Source of the DNA: Sminthopsis crassicaudata
Taxonomy: Eukaryota
Length of the DNA: 64,000 bases
Reading direction: 5' to 3'
NCBI RefSeq assembly: GCF_048593235.1
Contig: NC_133622.1
Span: forward strand, 251,104,055-251,168,054
Positions 8,701 to 20,900 of this stretch are shown in pieces (position 1 is the stretch's first letter; each line of letters starts with the position of its first letter). The position numbers and the translations under genes are program-made. The notes below the pieces were generated by a model that saw only the letters and a program-made list of their open reading frames with translations, was not told the DNA's origin and did no database searches.

Positions 8701-11700
8701 CTAGCAGAGAATGGGAAGGGCCCTGAACAGGCAGAGCGTGAGGGCCGGGGCAGCTCTCTCCCAGGGAAGGGGGGGAGTCACGGAGGACCTCGGCCGTCCC
8801 TAGCCCAGGCTCAGTTTACAGATCAGGCTCGGAGAGTCGGTGTGCTCAAAGCCAGGCAAGAGGAAATCAGCAGAGCCACGCGTGGCCCCCACAGCTCTGG
8901 CTCCCGCTCTTTGCTCCTCCCTCCTCCTGAGTCACTCACAACCTGTGAGGGAAACCTGAGTGACCTATGGGACCCCCGGGATCCCACCCTCCCACCTCTG
9001 CTGCCTTCTCCTCAGGCCGCTCCCAGCTGTGTGTCCGTGGGTGTCCGTGGGTGTGTCCATGTGTGTGTCTGTGTGTCCGTCCATGTGTGTCCGTGTCAGT
9101 AATCCGTGTGTGTGTCCATGTATGTCCATCCCTGTGTGTCCGTGCGTGTCCGTGTGTGTGTCTGTGTGTCCGTCCATGTGTGTCCGTGTCCGTAATCTGT
9201 GTGTGTGTCCATGTATGTCCATCCCTGTGTGTCCGTGCGTGTCCGTGTGTGTCCGTGTGCGTGTCCGTGGGTGAGTGTCCATGCAGACAGGCAGAGCGCA
9301 GCGGCTGACAGCAGGCCTAGCTGGTCTCCAGGGACCTTGCCTTGTACTGACCGTCACAGAGAGAACAGACCGAGGGACACAGACGGAGGAGGGAGGTCAG
9401 GAGAGAGGCAATCTCCTGGTGGCTGGAGAAGTCAGAACCGTTCTCAGAACAGGAGCCAAAGTTGAGCCGACCAAGTCTCCCCAGAGCAGACAGACACACA
9501 GGGCCCTGGACGGGTCGCAAGACATGGAGAGCAATTGAAACCAGTCTGGTCCAACTAGAAGTTATTGATGGCCCACGTAGGCTGCCATTGGGGTGGGTCT
9601 TGGGGGCGCTGCCCCGGGTGTGTTTCTGTACGTGTGAAGAGGACTGGGCTCTCTAAGTTGCAGCACAGCCCCCTGGCTGAGTTTGGGGGGCGAGCCCCCC
9701 TTCTGCGGGCTGCTCTTTTCCATCCCTAATGAACACCTTGGCTGGTGGGATTCCTTAGTCTATCAGGGAGCATTCCTCAAACCCCTGCCCGCTGTGCCAA
9801 GGACTTCCCGTCCACGGACAAAGTGGAATCTTGTGTCCTTTGACAAGCTTTGAGGGGCTTGAAAAATGGGGAGGGGTTAGAGCTGGGAGGTCCAGCTTGA
9901 GGCCAGACAGGATCCACAGCGGCCTCCAGGTGAGAGGGAAGAGGCCAGTTGTTCCACCACAAAAGGTCACCCTTCCCCTTGGGCCAGGAGAGCTTCCCCC
10001 CTCCATGTCATGGTCTCTGTCATGGAGAGGGCTTCAAGGAAGAAGGAAGAATACCACCCATCTGTGTCCTCCGTTTTGATTGGAAACTTTCACAGACACA
10101 GATCTTTGTGGAAGCCTTCCTGGTGGGTCTCTGGCTAATCATACCCATTTCACAGATGAGAAGGCTGACAGATGTGGAAAGGGAACTGCCCTGGAAGGCT
10201 TGGCTCCTGACAGTGGGTCTTTATTTATATAGCTCTTTCAATATACTCTGAACTTTGACCTCCTATCTCCGGGGAGCCCCACTCAGTGGTGTAAGGTGAA
10301 TAATGCAGAGACCTCAGCTCCCCAAGCCAGCCTCTAGGATCCAGGTCTCCCCACCAGTTCCCTGCCGGAAAGCCAGCTTGACCCCGGACGGACAGCCGGC
10401 CTCCTGAGTGAGGGAAGGGGAGTCCTAGGAGCACGGACCGGTTTCGTGTTCATTTCTGAAGGAGGATGTTCTCGGGTCATTCTGGAGACTCGGGGCCACA
10501 TGAGTGATAGGGCAGGAGCAGTGAGGACACAGTAAGCTTGAGGAACACGAGTCCCAAAGTGGGACAGGATCCGAGGCCCCAGCCCAGCCCCACTGCTTTG
10601 GTGACTGTGGCCAAGGGCCTGAGAGGGCCTTTTTAGGGGCTTTGCTGGAAGGATTCTTAGGCGCGGGGGAGCGGTGGGCAAGGAGGCCAGGGGCCAACCC
10701 CGCTGTTTCCATGGGTCTGCAGGGAGATGGCGCCTTGCAGGTGGAGATCTCTGATGCCGTGAGTGAGAGGGACAAGGTGAAATTCACGGTTCACACCAAG
10801 GTGAGGTCGCCACTTCCCCAAATGGAGACTGGTTCCGAGGGTCAGGGGCCCGGACAAACAGATTCAGCCCCCACGTACTTTAGGAAACTCCTTCTCTAGC
10901 AGAGCCCTGTGTGGTTTCCAGCTTCCTGCAGTCTCCTCCAATCGCACCCTGGGTTCTGGCTCCCAGCCCCAAGCCCCATGGGATTGTGGGAAGCATCCCA
11001 GAGCAGAGCAGGGGGGAGGAGGATGTGTTGGGAGTCCGGCAGGGAGCGAGGTGGCCAGGGCGCCTCAGTGGGGAACCCTTCCTTTCAGAGCTGCCTCCCC
11101 CACTTCAGCCAGACTGAGTTCTCCGTCGTCAGGCAACACGAGGAGTTCATCTGGCTCCACGATGCTTACACCGACAACGAGGACTATGCGGGCATCATTG
11201 TGAGGCACTGGACTCGGACCCCGGGAGCTGGCAGGGATCCCCTGGAGGCCAAGTGCAGCTGGGAAGGGAGGAGGTGGACCGGGCTCCGGGAGCCCACTGG
11301 ATACGGCCTTCTTAGCTCCTTTCTGTTTTGAGCAGATCCCCCCGGCTCCTCCCAAACCAGACTTTGAGGCTTCAAGGGAAAAGCTGCAGAGGCTGGGGGA
11401 GGGGGACAGCTCAGTCACCAGGGAAGAGTTTGCCAAAATGAAGCAAGAACTAGAGGGGTAAGACACTCCCTCCCCTCCTTCATTCACCCCCTCACCCCTC
11501 AACTCCCCATTTCCAGGGGTGTGGTATAGTGATTGGGGAGGTCTGGCACCAGGAAGCCCCAAGTTCTAGTCTGCAGCGGTCACCAATCCTTTCTCCTCTC
11601 TGGCCTTTGACCTTTCTCACAGAGGGGCTAGCCAAGGCTCCTCCATCACAAAGCACTCGGGGAGTCCCTGAGGCCCGGGGAAGGCTCCCGTCCCACGGGA

Positions 11701-14603
11701 GATGGCTCTGCTCCTTTGAAAAGAAGTTGGGGCACACTGATTGACCCCTTGGGTTAACAGTGAAAGGAATGAGAGGAGACCTCTTCAGCACCTTGGGCAG
11801 CAGGGACAAAGCAGCAGGTGCTGTGGTGTTTAGAGCATCCAGCCAGGAGTTCAAATCTGGCCTCAGACACTCATTAGCTGTGGGACCCTAGGCAAGTCCC
11901 TCCCCCGTCCCACCCCCACCCCACCCCAGCCCGTCTGCCTCAATTTTCTCATCTGTGAAATGAGCTGGAAAAGGAAATGGCCTCACCCCATAGTCTGCTG
12001 AGAGAACCCCAAATGGGGTCCTGAGCTACCAAAAACCTCCGTTTTATGGCCCAACTAGTTTAAGGGACTTGAGCAGGTCAGGGAACAAGGGAGCAAGGCA
12101 GGTGGGCCTGCACCACTCGAGCTTCAGGCCTCCCTGGCGGCCCACCTGACCCCAGAGTGCAGGGAGTGGCGCCGTGGCTCCAAGTGGGGCAGCTGGTATG
12201 GGCAATGTTGGACCTGAGTTCCAATCTAGCCAGATACTGAGACCTTGGGCAGCTCACTAACCTTTGCTTCTACTACAAAATGGGGATAAATTCAGCACCT
12301 GCCTTCCCCAATGGTGACAAACAGGATTTGCAAAAGCACTCAGTATAGTGTACTCGTACAGTGCTTATACACACACTAAATGGGAATATTTGGCCACATT
12401 GCCTGGCACACAGTGGTGCTGTATAGATGGGACTATTTGGGCATAGTGCCCGGCATACAGTAGATGTTGTATAAATGCTTCTCTCAGGGACTGTCTGCCC
12501 TAGTGCCTGGCATGCAGTAGGTGCTGTATAAATGCTGCTCCTTCTCTCAGGGAGTACTTGGCCATCTTTAAGAAGACAGTAGCCATGCATGAGGTGTTCC
12601 TCCAGCGCCTGGCTGCCCATCCCACGCTGCGCCGGGACCACAACCTCTATGTCTTCTTGGAATACAGCCAAGATGTGAGTTGGGTCCAGACCCTCTGAGC
12701 AGTCCCGAGGGGACTGACCAAGGCTGACTCCACTTGTCTCTGTGGGAGGGGCTGACCAAGTCTGACCCCACCCCAGTCTCTGACTGAGGGGCCTGACCAA
12801 GGCTGACCCAGCCTGGTCTCTGTCCCAGCTGAGTGTTCGCGGGAAGAATAAGAAGGAGCTGTTTGGGGGGTTCATCAGGAACATTGTGAAGTCGGCAGAT
12901 GAAGCCCTCATTACTGGAGTGTCAGGACTGAAGGTGAGAGCCTGGGGGGGGCCCCGAGTAGGCCAATTTCCAGTCGGAATTCGGGCCTTTTCTGGCCTAG
13001 TCGATCCCAGAGACCCTCAACTCTGAATGGGAGGCTTCCCTAGTGGAGGCCCTAGGGCCTCGACCCCACCACCTTTGCCTGCTCCTAGGAGGTGGACAAG
13101 TTCTTCGAGCACGAGAGGACCTTCTTGCTGGAGTACCACACTCGAATCCGGGATGCCTGCCTGCGTGCCGACCGTGTCATGCGCTCCCACAAGTGTACGT
13201 AGGGACCCCCGGGGCCCCTCCTGAAGGCCCAAGCGGGTACAAGCCAAGGTGTGGTCTTTCCCCCCTTGCACACAGCCCCCCTGCCAGGCTCTGATGGCAG
13301 GCACGCCCTAACAGGCTTGGCTGAGGACTACATCCCCATCTCTGCGGCGCTGAGCAGCTTGGGCACCCAGGAAGTCAACCAGTTAAAGACGTGAGCTGGC
13401 CCTTGCCCCTTTTGCTTGTCACTGTCCCCTAGGCCACTAGGCCCCAGGTAATGGGGGGGAGGGGGGAGGGTCCAACAGCCTTGCCCACGCTGCCTCTGCC
13501 AGAGGAATGCCAGGGCACCCCCAAGCAAAGGCCTGCCACTCTTTTCCCAGGAGCTTTCTAAAACTGGCCGAACTCTTTGAACGTCTGAGGGTGAGAAGTC
13601 TTTCCTGCTTTTGGCTTGGTCCTGTCCGTGGGAGGGCAGGGTCCGGTTCACACCTTGGGGAGGTGGGGAGCAGGCACAGGGCCCAGAAATCCAAGTGGCT
13701 GCCTAGACCCTGGGGTGGGGACCCATGGGGGGGGCCGGGCCCCATGCTGCCCCAGCATCCCAGGGTGCGGAGTGGAGCCTTCCCCCAGGGCCAGGCCTCC
13801 CTCATCCGCCCCACAGAAGCTGGAGGGCCGGGTGGCCTCCGACGAGGACCTGAAACTCTCTGACATGCTCCACTACTACATGAGGGATGCCCAGGCAGCC
13901 AAGGTGAGAGGTCCTTCAGAGCGCTGCCCGGGCCCGGTGCCTGGCTCCAGCCTCGTTGTGGGGAGGGGGGCCTAGCCTCGCCCGGCTCCCGGTCTCCCTC
14001 CTCTCAGGATCTACTCTATCGGCGGCTGCGGGCGCTGGCCGACTACGAGAACGCCAACAAGGCCCTGGACAAAGCCCGGATGAGAAACCGTGAGGTACGG
14101 TCAGCGGAGACGCACCAGCAGCTGTGCTGCCGCCGCTTCGAGCGCCTCTCGGACTCGGCCAAGCAGGGTGAGTGAAGGGCCAGGCCCAACCCGACCCCCC
14201 CCCCCCACCAGAGTGGTCCAATGCAATCCCGTCTCCTGTCCCCTGTCCCCTTCTTTGGCTCAGAGCTCACTGACTTTAAGGCTCGCCGGGGCTCTGCTTT
14301 CCGAAAGAACCTCATTGAGTTGGCTGAACTGGAACTCAAACACGCCAAGGTAATGCTGCCCACTGGTGGGGGAGGTGGAGGACCATGCCCAAGGTGGTGG
14401 GCAAGGTCGGCCCCCTGGCTGAGGGAGGAGAACTGAGGCGCTCGCTCACTCTTCTCCCCGTCTGAGTAATGGGGACGGCTCATCTACCCCAAGTCATCCT
14501 GGGACCCTGCCTTCCCACCCAGAGTTCCCCCCCCTTCTTTCTTTCCCAGGCCAGTACGCTTCTTCTAAGAAACACCCTCATTGCCCTCAAGGGGGAACCC
14601 TAG
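8567..14603 (+). CDS. SNX32: Sorting nexin-32 (PX-BAR), 13 coding exons
   Basis: Exons: 8567-8602; exon 2 ends at 10800 and starts at 10723 (phase 0) or 10691 (see finding); 11089-11199; 11336-11457; 12551-12674; 12829-12933; 13089-13194; 13315-13390; 13551-13590; 13817-13903; 14008-14167; 14264-14349; 14550-14603 (TAG). Peptides [46 protein letters not shown] and the C-terminus [11 protein letters not shown] match SNX32. AATAAA at 14798-14803. Confidence 0.95.
9063..9251. repeat. GT-rich low-complexity tract with a 93-bp tandem duplication (SNX32 intron 1)
   Basis: ctgtgtgtccgtccatg recurs at 9069 and 9162; the flanks are (GT/GTCC)n-like. Confidence 0.8.
11810..12030 (+). mobile_element. 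Older CORE-SINE (MIR/MAR1-like)
   Basis: ggagttcaaatctggcctcagacac B-box/core followed by gaaatggc...aaccccaaatggggtc tail. Confidence 0.7.
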
Positions 14604-15742
14604 CATCCTCCCCTACCCCCCAATCCACAGCCTCCCCTACTCTACTCTGGACACGTGGACCACGAGGGGCCGCCGGGGGTGACAGGCATCCCTGACCTAG
14701 GAGCGGCCCTCAGCCAGGGGTGTCTGGAGAGTAACTGCCCCAGCCCTCCAGAGGTCAGACCCTTCCACACCAGTGTAAACTTTCCTTCACTAATGGAAAT
14801 AAAGGTTCCCACTCTGAATCTAGTGTGTCCTGTGCTCCCTTTGAGGCTGGCCACGAGGAGCTAGCCTCTGTCCCAGGGCTTCCCACCCCGGTTAACTGGG
14901 GCTCACTTGGCTGTTACTTCTGGTGCCCCTCCAAGGATCCCCACTCAGTAACTGGGGTGGGGGGCAGGCTCAAGAGAGCTCCTCCTCCCTCCAGGCAGGG
15001 CTGCAATCCCTGCCTCCTCTCCCTGGACACCCAGAACAGAGGGACTGAGCCCCAGGCCAAGCTGGGCTGGGCGGCCCAGGGCAGCTTCCTCTGCAGTTGC
15101 CACATGCCCAGGGGATGGCTCTGCAGGGCAGAGGGGCGAAGGCAGCTTGCTGTGCTTAGCCACCCCCTTCCCCTCCTCCTCCCGCCCATCCCAGGAAAAA
15201 AACAGCCTTTGAAGCAGCTCACCTTTTTATTTATTTGTCTTTTTTTTTTAATTGAACTTTCCTTTTTACTGGCGCTGTAACTTTCCTTTATACTGGCCAC
15301 ATGAGTAACTGGGGGGAGGGGAGCCGGCTGTGTTGGGGGAGGGGGTCTCCACAACATTCCATTTATACACAAAACTAAACAACAAGCACAAAGCCACTAT
15401 TGCAGTTAGAAGTTGGCAGCACCGGGGAAGGGGGAAAACTGGGGGCGTCAGTTAAAAAAAAATACTGGAAAATACTGGCCTCCCCCCCATCTGGGCGTCC
15501 GGGAGGGGCTTGGTCTGCTACAACTCAAGAGGAATGAGAATATCAAAGGCGGTTTGGGAAGGCCAGAGCCACTGGGGTGAAGTGGGGGAGGTCAGGGGTC
15601 GGGGGGCGGTTTGGCAAATGGGTGAAGGGATTGCCCTGCCCCTGCTGGGATCCCCCCAGCCCCTTGGGTCTGGCAGGAAGGGGGCAGCCCGCTCTCCTGC
15701 TGGGCTTGGCCAGCCCCAGCAGGGGAGCCGGAGGTGGGAGAC

Positions 15743-17948
15743 TCACAAGGGCTTCCCCTCCAGGGAAATCACGGCATTGCCCCCCAGTTTCTCGGCCAGG
15801 GTACAGCGGTCCTTCACTTCCTCGTAACAGTTGGCTTGTAATTCGTGTTTGATCCCTGTGAGAAGGAATGGGGGGGGGGGGTCAGAACCAAGGAAGGCTT
15901 AGACCCACCCCCGCTTTACAGATAAAAACCCAACCCCAAGCCTCAAAGGTCCCACCACAGTCAGAGTCAGGCTCCTCACCCAGTTCTTCAGACCCAACGA
16001 AATTCGGCCTTGCGCGCCAAAAGAGGATTACTCTATTGGAAATGCCATCGCTCACACACCCGCGCGCACACACACACCTGTCAGTTTCTTCTTGATGGCG
16101 TCCTTGGAGCTCGCATAGATCATTTTGCTCTTGAGGGGGGCACACTCGGGGGCCCTGGGAGGAGAGACGAGAGTTAGAAAGCTGGGGAGTGCGTCCTTGG
16201 CCCTGGGCCTGCCCCCTGACTAAGCCCTGTGCGCCCGGCCTCTCCAGGGGATCAGCGCACCCCCCCCCACTCACCAGAAGATGAACACGAGGTCCTCCTT
16301 CTTGCTCTCCTTGGTCTCATAGGTGGCGTCGTAGAGGGCGTAGCGGCAGTCCTTATCTGGAAGCATCTTGACAAAGGTGGTATAGGGGTCATCCACGGTC
16401 TCGCCCACGTCGCCCACGAGGATCTCCTTGCCCTCTTCCAGCACAATGTTCTTCTTGTCCTCACTCAGGCAGAACAACACGGCCTTCTTGCGCTTCTTCA
16501 CCTCCTCGGGTGTTGAGGACTTGCGAACCTTCATGTCGTTGAACACCTTAATCACTCCATCTGAGACAGCGACCCCAGAGGCCTGTGGGCACAGAGAGCC
16601 CAGTGAGGGAGATGGGACGCGCTTCCCTGAGCCCGCCCATGACTCAGAGAACAAGTGGCTGGCTTAGTAACAAAGGGGACTAGTGAGAAGAATACTTCCA
16701 GTGTTTTCTCATTAACAGAGGAAATAGTGGGTCCCATTTTACAAAAGCACAAACAGAGGCTTTTGCCCCAAAGCAAAAACCAGTCTCAAAAATCGCATGT
16801 GTCCTCAGGTCTGCCCAACTCCCAGGCCTGAGCTGCTTTCTCCCTAACCCTAGTACCTCAAAAACACAGAATGGGGACACAGACCAACTAGCAAGGCTTC
16901 ATTATTGGCTGAGATTTCCCAGCTCCTACCCCAGGCAAGGAGGTCTTGACCCTGAGAACCCTGGCCTGCCAGCTGGGAAATCCAGTTTGGATTTGGGACC
17001 CCAAGAACCCAGTTGGTACCAAGAGTCAGGGGGAACAGCAGCTGCCTTAAGGGGCGGCAGATTGGGGGCTGATGGGAAGCCAGGCCCGGAGGTCACTGAA
17101 TCACCAAGGAGACCTCCTCCCAAAAGGGATTTGGACTAAAGGGACAACATGACGGCCTTTCCAGGATAAGACCACGTGGACTGTGAGGCTCCACGGGGGT
17201 CCTGCTCCAGCGTCCCTTCCTGGGGGGTGGGGGGCAGGCTTTCAGCAGCTAAGCTGCTTCCTGAGTTCGACGGGAAGGAGCCTACCCGAGGAAGACAAGC
17301 ACAGCAATCATTCAGGAAGGGGAGGGTACGTCGGGCGGGGACTACCCCCCTTCCGGACCCACTTCCCCAAACTGGGCCCGGGTCTTGGAGGTCCCCCCCC
17401 AGCCTGGGGTCGTCAGACCGCCAGAGAGTAACATCACGAAAAGCCCATACCCCGCCCTCCTTCCAGCTGCTGGGCCGCGTGCTCAAGGCCTAGCATGAGT
17501 GCGCCCCCTCCCTTTCTCTCCCTTCCCCCCTCCCCAACTGTCCTTCGCTTCGCTTCAGCTCTCGAAGGAACGCGCATGCGCGACGCCCCCGGGTACAGGG
17601 GCCGCGCGCACCACTAACCCCCCCCTTTCCAAACACCACTTAACGGTTGGGGAGGGTCGCGCGCGCGGCCGCTTCGCCCAACAACCGTCAACGTCAAACG
17701 AGCGCGCGCAGGGAGAGGGGGCCCGTCGGCGCGCGCGCGCCCGCCCGGCCATCCGCCGGGCGCGCGAGCCCCTCCATCGCCGCTGGTCTCGCCCGCGGCG
17801 CCCCAGGAGGGGGAGGGGAAGGGATGGAGAGGATGGAGAGGAGGATGGAAAGGAGGATGAGGACACCGCCCCGCCCGCTGCACCGCCTCCACCACCCCCG
17901 CTCCCGGGCGCCGGTCCCCCGTGGAGCTCTCTGACCCGCGCTCACCAT
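15743..17948 (-). CDS. CFL1: Cofilin-1, 166 aa, 4 exons
   Basis: Exons: 17946-17948 (ATG only), 16275-16582, 16078-16154, 15743-15855 (TGA); total 501 nt. Protein [22 protein letters not shown]...SLEGKPL. AATAAA on the minus strand at 15226-15235. Confidence 0.99.
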
Positions 17949-20900
17949 GGTTCCGGAAAGGAGCGAGCGAGCGAGGGAGGGAGGGTGAGGGAGGAAACGA
18001 GGGCCACAGGAGAGGAGGGAGTCGCTCCTTCGCCGCTGCTGCCTGGAGCCGACTGAACGCGGCCTCTCCCGGCCCCTTCCGTTTAGTAGGAACCGCACAA
18101 TGAGAGGCGGGGCGAGCTTCCGGCGCTTCGGGGACGGGGCAGACGGGAAATGGAGTTCCGTCGCGCTGCGCCGCCCCGGGGCACGCCGGGAAGTGGAGTC
18201 TCCCCTTCTCCTCCGCAGCAGGTCTAGCTCCGGCGTTCGGCCCCTGCGGAGAGGGGCGGGGCCAGAAGCGCCGGGAGCGCTCCCCCATTGGTCTATATCT
18301 CGGCCTCCGCTGCCCTGCCGATGCCTGCTCGGGCTCCCGGGGCGAGAGACCTGGAGTCCAGAGGTCCTTGTCACAGCTCTAGGTCCCATTTTACAGAGAG
18401 GAAAGCGGAGGCCCAGAATGGCTGGGCTCCATATATGGCGGACGGAGAAACTGAGTCAGAGAAGCCGCAAACCCAAGAACTTGGGCTTCCACGTGAAGCC
18501 CTTTTCTTTTTCGAAGGGCCGGCAACTCCGCAAACCCGGACAGCCAGAGACCTAGGGGGCGCACTACGTTGGACGGGGTTGCCGTGGTGTGGGAGTGGGG
18601 GGGAAGGAGCAGGGGGGTTGTGTCCCCATCTCATTCCCTCGGATATGCGGATAGCTCAGGTTTGCAGAACTGTTAACGGAAGAAAGAGCCCCCCATTTTA
18701 CAGACGGCAAAACTGAGGCCCAACATAGGCAGTGATTTGACGCGGGTACCGTGCAGATGCAAACCTCAAAGCAAAGGCAAGGCCAAAGCAAGGTCGCCTC
18801 CGCCCCCGCGGCAGTTCTCCCCGCCCACTTCTAGCTAGGACCGAGCGCGCGACTCGAAGGGGCCAAGGAGAGCGGCGATTTCGCAGGCAAAGCCGGCCCC
18901 GAGCCTTCCCCGTGGGAGGGGAGGGGGCGCGGGTCTCGCGGTCGCCATGGAGACCAGCCCCCACCCACCAGCTAGCCTACAGCTTCGGGATGCCCCAGAT
19001 CGCCTTATTAGGGCAAGAGCCGTGAGGGGGCGGAGCCAGGGAGAACGCTCGTTCACCGCGCCTTATATGGAAACTGAGCCTTATTTGGAAACTGCGGGAG
19101 GTCCGGCCCTAGGTTAATGTGTGCTTGGGGGGGGCCTCGGCGGAGGGTGGGGGCGGGGAGGGGGGGCCAGATGGCCTGGCCGAGGCTCTGCTTGTCCTTG
19201 ACCCATCGACGAGACGCATGCCGGGGTTTCCTGCCCAGCTTCTCTCTGTATATATCCCGGGCTCTATCCGGGGAGTTTCCTCTGCGGATTTCCCAGGTTC
19301 TGTCGGTCTCTAAACATTTCCCGGGTACTATCCAGCCTTCTCCGGACATTTTCCAGTCCCCTCTGCGCATTTCTCGGGTTCTATCCAGAATACATTTCTC
19401 CCCCCCCCCCAAGTTCTATCCGGTCCTCTTTGTAGATCTCCCAGGCTCTATTCAGAATGCACATCCCCCAATTCTAGGCGGTTCCTTTTGCAGATCTCCC
19501 GGGCTTCAGCCAGTTCCCTCAGCACATCATTAGGGATGGGGTCCCCTCTGCGGGTCTTCCGGGATTCAATCCCCTTTGTGAATTCTCCAGGCTTTATCCC
19601 CCAAGCTCCAGTCCCCTAGGCTTTTCTAGGCTCAATCCCTTCTGCACACCCCCTGGAGGCAGATGCCCTTTCTTGCAAGTGCTCGGGCCTCTAGTTCTCT
19701 CTGCACGCCCCCTGGAGGCTCCTATCCTTCCTGCAGATGCCCAGGCCCATCCCGCTCAGTGCAGAACCAATGGAAGCCAGGTCAGAGCGGCTTTTTCTGC
19801 CCTCCGACCACAGGAGACGCTGCGGCCGTTTTCCCCACCCCCACGCAATACTCCTCGCTTCTTCCTTTTTCCTACGGCCAGAATGCGGAAGAGGTGGAGC
19901 CTCGACTCCGGAGTTCCCCAGTAGGAAGAGCCCAAATACTGACTGCCCGGGGGGGGGGGCGGCGTGAGAGCCTTTGTTCAGAAGCAACTATTCCTGGGTT
20001 GGGGGAGTAGCGTTACTCCCTCAACCCCGGCAAAGCCCGAGAGCCGGGGCGGGACCTCGGGGTCACGTGGGCCGCTCCCAGTCCGCTCCGGACTGCCCGG
20101 GCCTGGGCTGGATCATGGCTGCGACCGCGCCCCGCCTGGGCCGGAAGCGGCCCCTGCCTGCCTGTGCAAACCCGCTTTTCGTGCGGTGGCTCCGCGAATG
20201 GCGGGACGAGGCGGCCGAGCGGGGCCTGCGGACGCGCTTCGTGTACCAGAAGGTGGGCTGGAGGGGAGGGACGAGGGGCGGAGCCTGGAGTGGGGCGGGG
20301 CGAGCGGCCGCTTTTCGCAGGTGGGCGGGGTGTGACAGGGAAGGGGGCGGGATGCTTGGTCTGGGAAAGGGGGGGGCTCCCACTAGCTGGATGGCGGAGG
20401 GGGCGCGCCTGGGGTTTCGGGGAGCCCCCGGGGCAGATTCAGGGGCCCCCCCCCGCAGATCCAGCCGGTGGCCTTGCAGGCCTTGCGCTCCCTGCTGCGG
20501 TACCCCCTGCCCCTGAGGAGCGGCAAGGAAGCCAAGATCCTGCAGCACTTCGGGGATGCCCTGTGCGGGATGCTGGACCGGCGGCTGGAGCAGCACCGGG
20601 CGTGCGGCCCCGCGGAGCCCGGTGAGCGGCGGGCTCCGGCGGCCCCTCCCTCCCCATGCCCCCCATGTGTACACAAGCTGGCTCCTTGCGCAGGAAGCCT
20701 TGGGCTGGAGGGTCGGGTCGGGAGGTGAGGGGCGGGGCTTCAGGGGTCCGGGCGGGGCTTCGCCCCTGCCCCCACCGCAGCCCCGGCTGAGGCAGGGCTC
20801 TTTCTCCAGGCCCAGGCCGGCAGCCCGAAGCTGGGCTCCCGCCAGCAGAGTTGAGCACACCCCGCGAGGAGCCGGTGAGAAGGGCCCCCCAAGGCTCGCT
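17500..20900. promoter_or_regulatory. CpG island and head-to-head CFL1/MUS81 promoter region
   Basis: CpG-dense. NRF1 palindrome CGCGCATGCGCG at 17571-17582, GC boxes and ETS-like CCGGAAG motifs. Confidence 0.8.
18429..19088. promoter_or_regulatory. Four perfect CArG boxes (SRF sites)
   Basis: CCATATATGG 18429-18438, CCTTATTAGG 19003-19012, CCTTATATGG 19061-19070, CCTTATTTGG 19079-19088. Confidence 0.75.

Noticed and set aside
8965-9357. His/Thr-rich and Cys/Val-rich ORFs
   Set aside because: They are translations of the GT-rich low-complexity tract.
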